Under the pieces are notes generated by a model, which saw only the letters and a program-made list of their open reading frames with translations, did no database searches and was not told the origin of the DNA. 64,000 nucleotides of DNA. Origin: an uncultured Verrucomicrobiae bacterium (GTDB taxonomy: Bacteria > Verrucomicrobiota > Verrucomicrobiia > Chthoniobacterales > Chthoniobacteraceae). A program made the position numbers and the translations under genes. Of the stretch, positions 21,712 to 32,968 are shown in pieces (position 1 is the stretch's first letter; each line of letters starts with the position of its first letter). The stretch spans positions 114,837-178,836 of the forward strand of contig CAWHEP010000003.1 in the NCBI GenBank assembly GCA_963828525.1. The letters run 5' to 3'.

Positions 21712-21901
21712 AGCTCGAAGTAGGTGCTTTTTGTTCGTGATATGCCGAAAGTGCCGAATTGCTGCTTCCGAACGCGCGAATTTAGACGAAAATTCGGCAG
21801 TTGCACGCAAAACCGCGCAGGAACATGGCAAAACTTTAGGCGATTTCGCGCAATGGTTGCCCGAAGACCAATTCCCGCAATGGGGACAGATGCCCGAGGC
21901 G

Positions 21902-23191
21902 CTAACCGCGTTCGTCGATTTCGACGTACGGAGCGAGTGGTTCGCCCATGTAGATTTGTCGCGGCCGGTAAATGCGATTGTCTGGATCTTCCGCAACTTC
22001 CTTGTAGTTCGCGATCCACCCGGGCATGCGTCCAATCGCAAAAATAACCGTGAACATTTCCAGCGGGATGCCAATGGCCCGCATCATGATGCCGCTGTAA
22101 AAATCGACGTTCGGATAAAGCTTGCGCTCGACGAAGTAGGGGTCGTTCAGAGCCGTCTGTTCGAGATGCAGAGCGATGTCCAGCAGCGGGTCGCTGATCT
22201 TAAGGGCGGCTAGCAGCTCATCACAGCGCTGTTTGATGATCTTCGCGCGCGGATCGTAATTTTTGTAAACACGGTGACCGAAGCCCATCAACCGGCGGCC
22301 GCTTTTCTTGTCCTTGGCGGCGGCGACGAAACGGGAGCCGTCATCGCCATCCTGATGGATTGCCTCGAGCATCTCCAACACAGCCTGGTTTGCCCCGCCG
22401 TGGAGGGGCCCCCAAAGGGCGCACACTCCAGCAGCGGCGCTCGCGAAAAGGTTGGCGCGGCTCGAAGCCACCATGCGAACGGTGGAGGTAGAGCAATTCT
22501 GCTCGTGATCCGCATGGAGCAGGAAGATAAGATCAAGAGCCCGCACGACCTCCGGCTTGCACTCGTAATCGGAGTACGGCTCCGAGAACATCATGTGCAG
22601 GAAATTCGCGGAATACTTGTATTCGGGTTTGGGGTAGATGATCGGCAGGCCCAGCGACTTGCGGTGCGCAAAAGCCGCGATCGTGCGCGTCTGCGAAATC
22701 AGCCGGGCGGCCTGCACTTCGAAGTGCTTGGGATCATGCGCCTTCAGGAGCTCCGGATAAAAGCAGCCTGCGGCATTGATCATGGACGAAAGGATCGCCA
22801 TCGGGTGAGCGTTCGGAGGGAAGCCCTCGAAATGGAACTTCATGTCTTCGTGGATCAGCTCGTGCCGGGTGAGCAGATTAGAGAACGCGGTTAACTGCTT
22901 GCTGGTCGGAAGACTGCCGTAAATGATGAGATACGCCGTCTCGATGAATGTGGACTTCGCGGCCAGTTGCTCAATGGGAATGCCGCGGTAACGGAGAATG
23001 CCTTTGTCGCCGTCTATGAACGTGACCTTGCTCGTGCAGGATCCCGTGTTGCCAAACCCGGCATCAAGCGTGATGTAGCCGCTGCGATCCAGAAGCTTGC
23101 CGACGTCGACCGCCCTCTCGCCCGCAGTGCCCTCTATGATGGGCAAAGTTACCTTCTGCCCGTTACAGTCCAGTTCTGCGGTTTGGTTCAT
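21902..23191 (-). CDS. gltA: citrate synthase (type II)
   Basis: [42 protein letters not shown]. Confidence 0.97.
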   Translation of the reverse strand: MNQTAELDCNGQKVTLPIIEGTAGERAVDVGKLLDRSGYITLDAGFGNTGSCTSKVTFIDGDKGILRYRGIPIEQLAAKSTFIETAYLIIYGSLPTSKQLTAFSNLLTRHELIHEDMKFHFEGFPPNAHPMAILSSMINAAGCFYPELLKAHDPKHFEVQAARLISQTRTIAAFAHRKSLGLPIIYPKPEYKYSANFLHMMFSEPYSDYECKPEVVRALDLIFLLHADHEQNCSTSTVRMVASSRANLFASAAAGVCALWGPLHGGANQAVLEMLEAIHQDGDDGSRFVAAAKDKKSGRRLMGFGHRVYKNYDPRAKIIKQRCDELLAALKISDPLLDIALHLEQTALNDPYFVERKLYPNVDFYSGIMMRAIGIPLEMFTVIFAIGRMPGWIANYKEVAEDPDNRIYRPRQIYMGEPLAPYVEIDERG

Positions 23192-23235
23192 AGTGTTTGG
23201 TCCTGTTTGACGCCAAAGATCAACAGAGTTTTGAC

Positions 23236-23800
23236 TTACAATTCCAGAAAATTCTTGAGTAGGCGCTTGCCTTCCAGAGTAAGGACGGATTCCGGATGGA
23301 ACTGCACTCCGTGAATCGGAAATGAGCGGTGCCTCAGCCCCATGATTTCATGCTCAGCGGTCTCGGCTGTAATCTCAAGCGCGGCAGGAAACGTGTCGCG
23401 CTTAACAAGCAGGGAATGGTATCTCGTCGCGTCGAAAGGGGACGGGAAGTCCGGCAAATACCCCCCGGCTGTCATGGAGGATGGGCGAGGTCTTGCCATG
23501 CATCAAACGCCCCGCGCGCACAACATCGCCCCCGAAAACATGCGCCATGCATTGATGCCCGAGGCAGACGCCGAGGATGGGAGTGGTTTCGCAAAACCGT
23601 ACGATGACCTCATTGCTGATGCCAGCTTCTTTGGGGGTGCAGGGCCCCGGCGAAATGCAGATGCGGGCGGGCTTGAGAACTTCTATCTCCGCCACGCTGA
23701 TCTCATCGTTCCTTTTGACAACAATTTCCGCGCCCAGTTCTCCAAAATACTGAACAAGGTTATACGTAAAAGAATCGTAGTTATCTATGATCAGCAGCAT
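23236..23800 (-). CDS. trpG: anthranilate/aminodeoxychorismate synthase component II, frameshift near 23445
   Basis: [22 protein letters not shown], then RYHSL and GVQFHPES in the second frame. Confidence 0.9.
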
Positions 23801-25290
23801 GCGCGGCTTGCCTCCGTGGCTCGTTCAATGGCCCGCATCATACCCATGGCTTTGTTCACGGTCTCCTGGTATTCGCCTTCCGGGGTGGAATCGGCGACAA
23901 CTCCCCCGCCCGCCTGGACATAGGCCATGCCGTCTTTTAGCAGGACGGTGCGCAGGGCGATGCACGAGTCCAGATTTCCATCGAAGCCAAAATACCCGAC
24001 GGCGCCAGCATATGTGCCACGCTTGCTCTTCTCGAACTGATTGATGACCTGCATGGCGCGGACCTTGGGCGACCCGGACACCGTCCCCGCGGGGAACGTC
24101 GCGCGCATCACATCGTAGGCATTCCGATCCGCCCGTAATTCGCCGATGACATTTGAGACTATGTGCATGACATGACTATAACGCTCAATCGTCATGAAAT
24201 CCGTGACCTCGACGGAGCCGTAATTTGCAATCCGCCCGACGTCGTTGCGAGCCAGGTCCACGAGCATGAGGTGCTCCGCGCGTTCCTTGGGGTCAGCCAG
24301 GAGTTCCGCGGCGTTACTTTCATCCTGCGCTTCGGTAACTCCCCGCGGGCGTGTGCCGGCAATCGGTCGAATCTCCACTTTTCCATTCGTCGTTCTCACG
24401 TGTACCTCGGGAGAACTGCCCACAAGCGAGAACCGTTCGCCAAACTTCAGGCAGAACATGTACGGCGAAGGGTTGACGGAACGGAGCGATCTGTAAAGGG
24501 TAAGCGCTTCTCCTGTATAAGGCGTCTCAAATCGCTGTGAAGGCACAACCTGGAAGATATCTCCCGCGTGGATGTACTCCTGGCAGTCTTGCACTGTGCG
24601 CAGGTAATCCTCCCGCGACGTATTCGAACGCGGAGAAATATTTGCGCATTCACGAAACACGTTGATAGGCGGGAGAGTTGCGGGACGAGCCAGCTTTTCG
24701 ATTGCGGAATCGATCTGGCGGCAAGCAAGGTCGTATGCGCCATCTACGTCGTCGTCCTTCACATGGGCGTTCGCGAGCACCCGGAGGCGGCGCATGCGGT
24801 GATCGAAAGCGAGGAGAGCGCCCGTGACCATGAATAGCATCTCAGGCAGATCGAGTTCATCCGGCGGCGGAGGAGGAATAGTTGGCTCAAAGAAACGAAC
24901 AACATCGTAACCGAGGTAGCCCACCGCTCCCCCCGAAAAAGGGAGCGGTCCCGCGTAGGGCGAGCGGCGAAACCGCGCCATGAGTGTCTCCAGTTCCTTA
25001 AGTGGATCGCCCTGGTACTCGCGCGTTTTCCCATCCTCGGTGACCCGGATGGATCGTCCGCGGGTCTCAAACACGACGCCAGGGTCTGTTCCCACGAACG
25101 AATAGCGGCCTACCTGGTCGTTCGTCTCCGCCGATTCGAGTAAAAACGAATAGCCGCCCGCATCCAGCTTGTAAAACGCTGACACCGGCGTTTCGAAATC
25201 GGCCACTAGTTCGGTGAAAACTGGAATCAGGTTCGCCGTCTCGGCAAGTACCTTAAACTCTTCGCGCGTCGGCTTGAACGGAGTGCTCAC
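23791..25290 (-). CDS. trpE: anthranilate synthase component I
   Basis: [41 protein letters not shown]. Confidence 0.95.
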   Translation of the reverse strand: MSTPFKPTREEFKVLAETANLIPVFTELVADFETPVSAFYKLDAGGYSFLLESAETNDQVGRYSFVGTDPGVVFETRGRSIRVTEDGKTREYQGDPLKELETLMARFRRSPYAGPLPFSGGAVGYLGYDVVRFFEPTIPPPPPDELDLPEMLFMVTGALLAFDHRMRRLRVLANAHVKDDDVDGAYDLACRQIDSAIEKLARPATLPPINVFRECANISPRSNTSREDYLRTVQDCQEYIHAGDIFQVVPSQRFETPYTGEALTLYRSLRSVNPSPYMFCLKFGERFSLVGSSPEVHVRTTNGKVEIRPIAGTRPRGVTEAQDESNAAELLADPKERAEHLMLVDLARNDVGRIANYGSVEVTDFMTIERYSHVMHIVSNVIGELRADRNAYDVMRATFPAGTVSGSPKVRAMQVINQFEKSKRGTYAGAVGYFGFDGNLDSCIALRTVLLKDGMAYVQAGGGVVADSTPEGEYQETVNKAMGMMRAIERATEASRACC

Positions 25291-25673
25291 TTGTAAACCG
25301 CTCCTGGGTCAAAAAGCCGCTCCTCCTTGACTTCCAGAGGCGCGCCTGCCCGATCCATCTCCTGGAAGAAGCAAGTCTCGTAACCTGTATGACAGGCCCC
25401 GCCTTCCTGCTCCACCTCGAACAGGAGCGTGTCCTGGTCGCAATCCACAAACCAAGCTGTGAGCTTCTGTGTATGCCCGCTCGTCTCGCCCTTGAGCCAG
25501 AGTTTTTTCCGTGACCGGCTCCAGTAATGCATGAGCCCGCTTTGAAGAGTTTTCTCCACAGACTCACGATTCATCCATGCCATCATGAGCACACGACCTC
25601 CATGAGAGGGCGCGGCCTCCTGAACGATCGCGGGAATGAGTCCATCCGCGTTAAAATTCAATTTGAGTTCCAT
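25287..25673 (-). CDS. hisI: phosphoribosyl-AMP cyclohydrolase
   Basis: GLIPAIVQ, YWSRSRKKLWLKGETSGH, DCDQD, ACHTGYETCF. Confidence 0.95.
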   Translation of the reverse strand: MELKLNFNADGLIPAIVQEAAPSHGGRVLMMAWMNRESVEKTLQSGLMHYWSRSRKKLWLKGETSGHTQKLTAWFVDCDQDTLLFEVEQEGGACHTGYETCFFQEMDRAGAPLEVKEERLFDPGAVYK

Positions 25674-25680
25674 AAAAGAG

Positions 25681-25720
25681 AAATAAAAAGCCCGACGATT
25701 CGGTGAGAGAACCATCGGGC
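25681..25720 (-). terminator. intrinsic terminator immediately upstream of hisI (candidate attenuator)
   Basis: Minus strand GCCCGATGGTTC-TCTCACC-GAATCGTCGGGC (12-bp stem with two G-U pairs) followed by TTTTTATTT. Confidence 0.85.
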
Positions 25721-25788
25721 GAAAATTCGGCGCAGCTACTGCGGCGAGTCCGGGGCGCGCCTATGTGGCGGCGTCCCGCGAGCCCGTT

Positions 25789-25815
25789 TCAGCAAAGTCG
25801 CCAATGCAAAGTCAT
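25789..25815 (-). CDS. candidate leader peptide MTLHWRLC
   Basis: ATG ACT TTG CAT TGG CGA CTT TGC TGA with adjacent His and Trp codons, ~70 nt before the terminator. Confidence 0.55.
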   Translation of the reverse strand: MTLHWRLC

Positions 25816-25904
25816 CTGAATGACGAGTAGCAAGGGAGCAAAGGCGGCGCAAGGGAAATTCACTTCCATTCCAAGCAAAGACTCCCTTCCCAGCGATCTG
25901 AATT

Positions 25905-27307
25905 TCAGTTTTGCGCTTCTTCTGACGGGGTAATCCCTGGCGGTGGCGGCGCGATCGCGGCACTGGAAGCCGGTCTGCCGAGTTCGCGCAGTTGGCGCAG
26001 TGAGATATCGGATGGCAACGCGGCTGATCGAGTCTTCGGCACGCCCACGCGCTGAGAAAGATAGATGCCGGAGTGGCCACTGCATAGATAAGCGATAAAG
26101 CAGGCTGCGGCGATATACACTACATGAGTCGCTCCAAACAGCTCGATGCCCATCAGGGTGCATGCAAGCGGGGTATTCGTCGCCCCAGCAAAGATCGCGA
26201 CAAAACCCAGGGCCGCAAAAAGATCCGGGGGCGGCCGAGCGCGCCAGCCAATGCATTCCCCAGGGCCGCTCCAATGAAAAAGAGCGGTGTCACTTCCCCC
26301 CCTTTAAATCCGCTGCTCAAAGTGATCACCGTGAACACAAACTTCCAGAGCCAACTCCAATAATGTATCGTCGGTGACTGAAAGAACGAGAGGATCGTTA
26401 TGGCCTGCGGATGTGGTGAAGAGACGCCGAGGCCGAGATAGTCCGTGGTGCCTGCCGCCAGGAATAGCCCGATAACGAGCAGACCACCCACTGCCGGGCG
26501 CAGGGGGCCGAACGGGATGAGTCTCTTAAAGAGAGAAGCCATCAGGTGCGACACCTCGGCGAACGCTGTGCTTGCCCATCCGAAAACAGCCGCGGCCGCA
26601 ATCACCTTCAAAAGCAGGAACGGGTCTAGATGAAAGAACGCCGCCGGGGGTAAATCGGTAGCGAGATAAGCTATGTGATAACGCGTGTGGCCCACGCCCC
26701 AAGTGTGGCACGTCCAGTCGCCCACAACTGCCGCGATGAAACATGGAAGCAGTGCCTGGTATTGCACCCGCCCAATCGTCAGCACCTCCAACGCGAAAAC
26801 GGCTCCTGCCAGCGGCGTTCCAAATACGGCTCCAAACCCCGCGGCAATGCCCGCCATGAGAACGACACGTACCCTGTCCGGGCCTAGACCGCACAGGCGG
26901 CAGAAGCCGCTCGCAATGCTGCCGCCCATCTGGACAGCGGTTCCTTCGCGTCCAGCGGAGCCACCAAACAAGTGTGTGACCAGAGTGCCAACTAAAATCA
27001 ATGGCGCCATCCTCCGCGGCACTCCGCCTCCGGGTTCATGAATCTGGTCCACCAGCAGGTTATTGCCCCCCTCAGCTGATCTGCCGCAGTAGTGATAAAG
27101 GATGCCGATGCCGAATCCACCCACTGGCAGGAAATAGATCAGCCACGGGTGCATGTATCGGATTTCAGTTACGCGCTCGAGGCTCCACAGAAAAAAGGCG
27201 CACGCGCTCCCCGCGATCATGGCCATCGGTAGCAGGACGGCCAGCCACCTGAGCGCGCTGGATATGTTCCGGCACAACCGCTGAACGAACTGGGTCGAGG
27301 CAGTCAC
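25905..27307 (-). CDS. CLC-F type fluoride/proton antiporter (EriC family), frameshift near 26215
   Basis: CLC-F signature motifs GNNLL, GREGT and GEVTP; C-terminus SGHSGIY in the second frame. Confidence 0.88.
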
Positions 27308-27468
27308 AAGGCGTGTCCTAGATACTAACCAGGGCGGGGCGAGTCAAATCCCCCACGATGAGTTCCGAGCCGCAACTCCTCATCTAGCGGCGGATGGTGG
27401 CGATACGCTTTGTCAGCTGCAATGAATGCCTTGTTCTGAATCTATATTATTTCTATAACAAGCCCTCG

Positions 27469-29754
27469 ATGATCAAGACCCTCGCGCTCGCTCTCGTGGC
27501 ATTGAGCCTTTCGTTCAGGTCCTTCGCGCTCGAAGGGAAAGCGTCCGAAGAACCATGTCTTTTAAGCTACGTCAACATCCTGCAGGGAACGGACAACAAT
27601 TCGGGATTTTCACATGGCAACACCCTGCCACTCGTTGGCATGCCGTGGGGAATGACGGATTGGGCAATCCAGAGCGAAGCCAAAGGTTTTTTCAAGCCAA
27701 ACGCAAAGGTGGCGGGATTTCGGGCGACTCACGAACCCAGCCCCTGGATGGGGGATTATGGGCAGTTCCTCATCATGCCGCAGAGCGGGGATTTAGCCAT
27801 GGATCCGCAGATGCGCGTGTCAAGCTACGACACTGCCAGATCCGTTCTGCGTCCCGACTACGAAAAGCTGGAACTGGTGAAAGACGCGATCACTGCGGAG
27901 ATCACGGCCACAGAGCGATGCGCTGCCTTCCGTTTCACCTTCCATCGCGGGAGCACTGGCCGGTTGATCGTGAATGCCTATGGGGGCTCCGAAATTCAGA
28001 TCCACGGGCGCGTAATCCGTGGGTTGAGCCGTATCAACAAAGGTGGCGTCACAAAAAACTTTGCGTCCTATTTTGTCATAGAAATGGATCGCGACATTGC
28101 CAAAAGCGAGACGTTCGTGAAAGGAGCAAGCGCGGCCACTTCGGCGCCTGGGGGCAATCCGGCTCCACCGGACGCGAAGGGGCAGGATGTAGCTGCTTAC
28201 GTGGAGTTCAATGCCTCGCCGGAACCGGTGGAGTTGAAGGTCGGAACATCCTTCATCAGTTGGGAGCAGGCGGAGCAAAACTTGCGAGCAGAGACGAAGG
28301 GCGGCTTTGAAGCCGCGCATGAACGGGCGCGTTCAACTTGGGAGAACAACCTTGGCCGGATCGACATCGACGCGTCGCCGGAGCAGAAGAAGACCTTCTA
28401 CTCGTGCCTCTATCGAGCGCAGATGTTCCCGCATCGGTTGTATGAGGCGGACGCGTCTGGCAAGGCTCTTCATTACAGTCCCTACGATGGAAAAGTGCAT
28501 GAAGGCGTTCTCTATGGGGACATCGGGATCTGGGACGCGTTTCGCACGACATTCCCGCTGATCACGATTCTATACCCGTCGCAACTCCAGGAAATCCTCC
28601 AGGGCTTTGTGAATGCTTCGAATGAGGGAGGCACTCTCCCGGAGTGGCCAAACCCCGGGTATAGAAGCTGCATGATAGGCCAACACTGCGCCGCGATATT
28701 TGCCGACGCGGTGATCAAGGGATTGACGAACTTCGACGTGAAGGCGGCTTACACCTCGCTGCGCAGGAGCGCTTTCGAACCGCCAAAAGCGGGTGAACTC
28801 GTGCGCAGCGGCATGAGGGATTACCTGAAGAACGGCTACATTCCCGACGGTTCGACGCAGTACGCGCTTTCGGCAACGCTGGATTACGCGTATGACGACT
28901 GGTGTGTCGCGCAGATCGCGAGGCAGCAAGGCGAGCCGGACGTTTACAAGACGTTGATGGAACGGGCGCAGAATTATCGCAAGCTCTGGGATCCTGGCGT
29001 GGGTTTTATGCGGCCTCGAAACAAATTAAATGGCGCGTGGGTCGAACCGTTCGACGAATTTGCCTGGGGCGGGTCCTATGCCGAGAGCGGGCCGTGGCAA
29101 AGCAGTTGGTTCGTTCCGCACGATCCGGCGGGGCTCGCGGAACTAATGGGCGGAAAAGAGAAGCTGGCCTCCAAGCTTGACGCGATGCTGGCGACACCGC
29201 CGACTTTCCATGTGGGCGGCTATCATCATGTCATCCATGAGATGAGGGAGATGGCTGCGGCGCATTTCGGTCAGTATGCGCAATCCAACCAGCCATCATT
29301 CAACAATCTGTACCTGTTCACCGCTGCCGGGAAGCCCTGGGAAACGGAATACTGGACGCGGCGGGTGTGCTCGGAGATGTATGACTCGAGTCCGGATGGG
29401 TTTTCCGGTGATGAGGATAACGGATCAATGGCCAGTTGGTATCTCCTGAGTTCCATCGGATTATACTCGCTCTGCCCGGGAACGAGCGCCTACCTATTCA
29501 CCAGCCCGCTGTTCACAAAGGTTACCTTGCGCCTGCCCGGATCAAAGACATTCACCGTGTCGGCTGCCGCGAATGATGACAAAAATGTTTACGTTCAGGA
29601 ACGTTCTTTGAATGGCGTAAAGGTTAGCCGTACCTGGATCGACTATTCTCAGATCATGAATGGAGGCAGTCTGGCGGTAACGATGGGTCCGAAGGCGCTC
29701 CAGCGTATTGTCAGGGATGAGGAATTGCCGTATTCGGTGACCGCTTACAAGTAA
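27469..29754 (+). CDS. GH92 family alpha-mannosidase, secreted
   Basis: Signal peptide; GNTLP..PWGMTDW, WDAFRT, TLDYAYDDW, GDEDNGSMASWY. Confidence 0.92.
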   Translation: MIKTLALALVALSLSFRSFALEGKASEEPCLLSYVNILQGTDNNSGFSHGNTLPLVGMPWGMTDWAIQSEAKGFFKPNAKVAGFRATHEPSPWMGDYGQFLIMPQSGDLAMDPQMRVSSYDTARSVLRPDYEKLELVKDAITAEITATERCAAFRFTFHRGSTGRLIVNAYGGSEIQIHGRVIRGLSRINKGGVTKNFASYFVIEMDRDIAKSETFVKGASAATSAPGGNPAPPDAKGQDVAAYVEFNASPEPVELKVGTSFISWEQAEQNLRAETKGGFEAAHERARSTWENNLGRIDIDASPEQKKTFYSCLYRAQMFPHRLYEADASGKALHYSPYDGKVHEGVLYGDIGIWDAFRTTFPLITILYPSQLQEILQGFVNASNEGGTLPEWPNPGYRSCMIGQHCAAIFADAVIKGLTNFDVKAAYTSLRRSAFEPPKAGELVRSGMRDYLKNGYIPDGSTQYALSATLDYAYDDWCVAQIARQQGEPDVYKTLMERAQNYRKLWDPGVGFMRPRNKLNGAWVEPFDEFAWGGSYAESGPWQSSWFVPHDPAGLAELMGGKEKLASKLDAMLATPPTFHVGGYHHVIHEMREMAAAHFGQYAQSNQPSFNNLYLFTAAGKPWETEYWTRRVCSEMYDSSPDGFSGDEDNGSMASWYLLSSIGLYSLCPGTSAYLFTSPLFTKVTLRLPGSKTFTVSAAANDDKNVYVQERSLNGVKVSRTWIDYSQIMNGGSLAVTMGPKALQRIVRDEELPYSVTAYK

Positions 29755-29836
29755 GAAACCCGCGTCCGTAAAGGCAGATGCCCGCGCTTTGTGCCGCGCA
29801 TTCGCCGATCCAGAGCAGCCGGCTTGCTGCTTTCGC

Positions 29837-29865
29837 TTGATTGCCTGAGCCTTTGTCCCTATTAT
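29837..29865 (+). promoter_or_regulatory. putative sigma70 promoter of ilvB
   Basis: TTGATT-N17-TATTAT, 19 nt upstream of the ATG. Confidence 0.55.
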
Positions 29866-29884
29866 TGCCGCTCATCATTTCAAA

Positions 29885-31671
29885 ATGAGCACAAGCACAC
29901 CTCCCACAGCCACTGGCATCAAGGCAAAATCGGACACGGCGCCTCAGCGGGGTGAGGCGATGCTTGGAGCCGAGATTCTTGTCGCATGTCTGGAGCGTGA
30001 AGGGGTGGATGTGGTCTTCGCCTATCCGGGCGGGGCGAGCATGCCGATTCACCAGGCGCTCACGAAGTCAAAGAGCATCCGGACGGTGCTGCCGCGCCAT
30101 GAGCAAGGCGGGGTGTTCGCGGCTGAAGGTTACGCCCGCGCCTCGGGCCGCGTCGGTGTTTGCATGGCGACTTCGGGCCCTGGCGCTACAAACCTGCTTA
30201 CTGGGATAGCAGACGCCTACATGGATTCGGTTCCTCTCGTGGCTATCACCGGGCAGGTGCCTCAGGCCATGATCGGCAAGGGCGCCTTTCAGGAGACAGA
30301 TGTCTTTGGGATGACTCTACCCGTGGTGAAGCACAACTATCTCGTGATGAACGTGAACGAGATTCCGCGGATCATCAAAGAAGCCTTTCACATCGCGCGA
30401 TCGGGACGTCCGGGGCCTGTGCTGGTGGATATTCCGAAGAATATCCAGGAATCACGCACGCAGCCCATCTTTCCAAACGAGGTGCATTTGCGAGGCTACA
30501 GCCCAGATAGCAAAGCGGGCGATCTGGAATTGAATGAAGTGATCGGACTGATTGAGGCTGCGAAGGAGCCGATGATCTACTGCGGTGGAGGCATTATTTC
30601 AGGGGAGGCATCTGAGGAGCTGCGAGAGTTTGCCGAACGCACCCAGATCCCCGTCGCGACTACCCTGATGGGAATTGGCTGCTTCCCCGAGAATCACCCG
30701 CTTTCGCTGAAGTGGCTGGGCATGCACGGCACAGTCTACGCCAACAATGCTGTGAATGAGGCCGATCTCCTGCTCGCGATTGGCGCGCGTTTCGATGACC
30801 GCGTGACTGGGAAGATCGAGAAGTTTGCCGAGCACGGTACGATCGTGCATATCGACATAGACAACTCGGAGATCAACAAGAACAAGGTGGTGCGGCTGCC
30901 CATTGTCAGCGACGTCAAATACGCGCTGACCCGCCTGAACGAATTGCTCGAAAGATCTGGCAGAAAGCGCGTGGCTTCAAACCACGACAGGTTCAAAGGC
31001 TGGTATGCGAAGATAGCCGACTGGAAGAGGAGCTACCCGCTTGGGTTCAAGGACACAGAAAGCGTGATCCAACCTCAGTACGTGATCCGTCTCCTGCACG
31101 AGATGACGAAGGGCGAAGCGATCATTACGACGGGTGTCGGCCAACACCAGATGTGGGCGGGGCAGCACTACGATTTTACTCATCCCGTACTTTCCTGACC
31201 TCGGCGGGTCTCGGCTCGATGGGCTTCGGTTATCCTGCAGCGCTCGGCGCGAAGGTAGCCATGCCTCACCGCGAGGTCATCGACATCGACGGAGATGGCT
31301 CATTCCTGATGAACATCCAGGAACTGGCCACTGCCTATGTCGAAAATATTGCGGCAAAAGCGATCATTCTCAACAACCAGCACTTGGGCATGGTCGTCCA
31401 GTGGGAAGATCTCAAATACGAGAGCAATCGCGCGCACACTTTTCTGGGAAATCCGAGGGACGCCGCGCACATCTACCCGGACTATGTCTCACTTTGCAAA
31501 GGCTTCTGCGTGCCTTGTGAAAGAGTCATAGACAAGAAAGACCTGCCTGGCGCAATACAGCGTTTGTTGGATGCCAAGGAACCTTATGTGCTCGACGTCA
31601 TGGTGCCGTACACGGAGCATGTACTGCCGATGATTCCCGGCGGAGCGACATACAAGGATGTAATCGTCTGA
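29885..31671 (+). CDS. ilvB: acetolactate synthase large subunit, frameshift near 31184
   Basis: [28 protein letters not shown], then GSMGFG and TPP motif [11 protein letters not shown] in the second frame. Confidence 0.93.
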
Positions 31672-31710
31672 GAATTTCCAAGAGCCTGCCAGCAGTGACA
31701 GGCTTCCTAG

Positions 31711-31795
31711 GGATGGGTGACAGAGCGGTCGATTGTGCACGCCTGGAAAGCGTGTGTACCGAAAGGTACCCGGGGTTCGAATCCCCGCCCATCCG
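31711..31795 (+). tRNA. tRNA-Ser(GGA)
   Basis: Acceptor GGATGGG/CCCATCC, anticodon arm CACGC-CTGGAAA-GCGTG, long variable arm, GGTTCGAATCC. Confidence 0.95.
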
Positions 31796-31810
31796 CTGAA
31801 TCTACAAATC

Positions 31811-31894
31811 TGGTGCTCGGGGGGGGACTTGAACCCCCATGCCTTACGGCATACGCCCCTCAAACGTACGTGTCTGCCATTTCACCACCCGAGC
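31811..31894 (-). tRNA. tRNA-Leu(GAG)
   Basis: Minus strand GCTCGGG...TACGT-TTGAGGG-GCGTA...GGTTCAAGTCC...CCGAGCA-CCA. Confidence 0.95.
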
Positions 31895-32087
31895 TGAATG
31901 AAGCGAACGGATTCGCTGACAGAGACCTTTAACATGAACAGAATAGTCTGCAAACCTGAAATCATGGATGGTGGCGCCAACCCCGCGCGCGCAATCACAG
32001 ACCCAACACGGAGAGGGTTTTCCAGAAGGATGAACGCGACAGATTTTTTCCTTTGCTCACGCCTGCGGCGGGCGTAAGGGTTGCCGC

Positions 32088-32531
32088 ATGAAACTGCGAT
32101 TTCTGCTAGTGGTGGGTTTGGCGCTCTGCTGCGGCGCGTGCCAGACTCCTCCGAAGAAGAAACATCCCTCAAAGCCAAAGGAGCCAGCGATTACAGACCA
32201 GAGTGGGGATGTGTCTTTTCAGGCGTTTGTTGGAAGGCTCAAAGCGGCAGTGGCAAAGCGAGACGCGCATGTGCTGGCTTCCATGATGACGCCTGACTTT
32301 GGTTATCGACTCGACCCGCTCGGCGAGGGAGCAGGCGTATTCCAATATTGGGATGAAAACGATATCTGGAAGGAACTTGCCCTTGTTCTCAAGGATCCCT
32401 TTGTTCCAAATGGCCAATACATGGTCGCGCCGCCGCAGTTTGCCAGCGACGCGCAATATCGCGGCTACCGCGCCGGTATGGTGCTCGTAAATGGAAGCTG
32501 GAAGTTCGCCTACTTTGTAACGGGCGGATGA
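32088..32531 (+). CDS. putative lipoprotein
   Basis: Signal peptide with lipobox-like CGAC. Confidence 0.7.
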   Translation: MKLRFLLVVGLALCCGACQTPPKKKHPSKPKEPAITDQSGDVSFQAFVGRLKAAVAKRDAHVLASMMTPDFGYRLDPLGEGAGVFQYWDENDIWKELALVLKDPFVPNGQYMVAPPQFASDAQYRGYRAGMVLVNGSWKFAYFVTGG

Positions 32532-32968
32532 CGCCGGCCAAGGAGCGCTCCCCGGAGGCGTTCGGCCTGCCACACAGGGAGCCTTTTGTTTTCGTGAATT
32601 CCGTGCTGGAGCACTCACCGGGGCTCTCGGCAACGTGCGAGAAGGTGTTCGCGGAAGCGGAACCCTTTTTCCAAGGGCACTTTCCGGGCAATCCGCTCGT
32701 GCCCGGGGTGCTTCTGACAGAGGCCCTCGCGCAGACTGCGGGAATCGCGGCTGGCGCGCCAGCGGCGGGCAAGTCCTACCGGCTATCTGCGATAAAACAG
32801 ATGAAGTTTAGCAGGCCGGTGAAGCCCGGCGATGTGATCGTTCTCGTCGCTGAAAAGAGCGCCGCAGTCGGCGGTCTGCTGCAGTTTTCAGTATCGGCGA
32901 GAGTCGGGGGCGTTGTGGTGGCGGAAGGCTTCCTCGTGCTGAACGAGGCTGCTCTACTTCCCGAATGA
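32528..32968 (+). CDS. FabZ-family hotdog dehydratase
   Basis: LPHREPF, FQGHFPGNPLVPGVLLTEALAQ, KFSRPVKPGD. Confidence 0.85.
   Translation: MTPAKERSPEAFGLPHREPFVFVNSVLEHSPGLSATCEKVFAEAEPFFQGHFPGNPLVPGVLLTEALAQTAGIAAGAPAAGKSYRLSAIKQMKFSRPVKPGDVIVLVAEKSAAVGGLLQFSVSARVGGVVVAEGFLVLNEAALLPE

Noticed and set aside
21846..21864. Imperfect palindrome TCGCGCAA-TGG-TTGCCCGA upstream of gltB
   Set aside because: Single copy, not matched to a regulator I can name; could be chance.
21712..22074. 121-aa N-terminal extension of GltB
   Set aside because: It overlaps gltA; the conserved GltB N-terminus begins at 21711.
27308..27420. Fluoride riboswitch upstream of the CLC-F gene
   Set aside because: The consensus pattern is not recognisable by eye on the minus strand.
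31680..32090. tRNA-anchored prophage or island
   Set aside because: No integrase and no duplicated tRNA 3' end seen; flanking genes are housekeeping-like.
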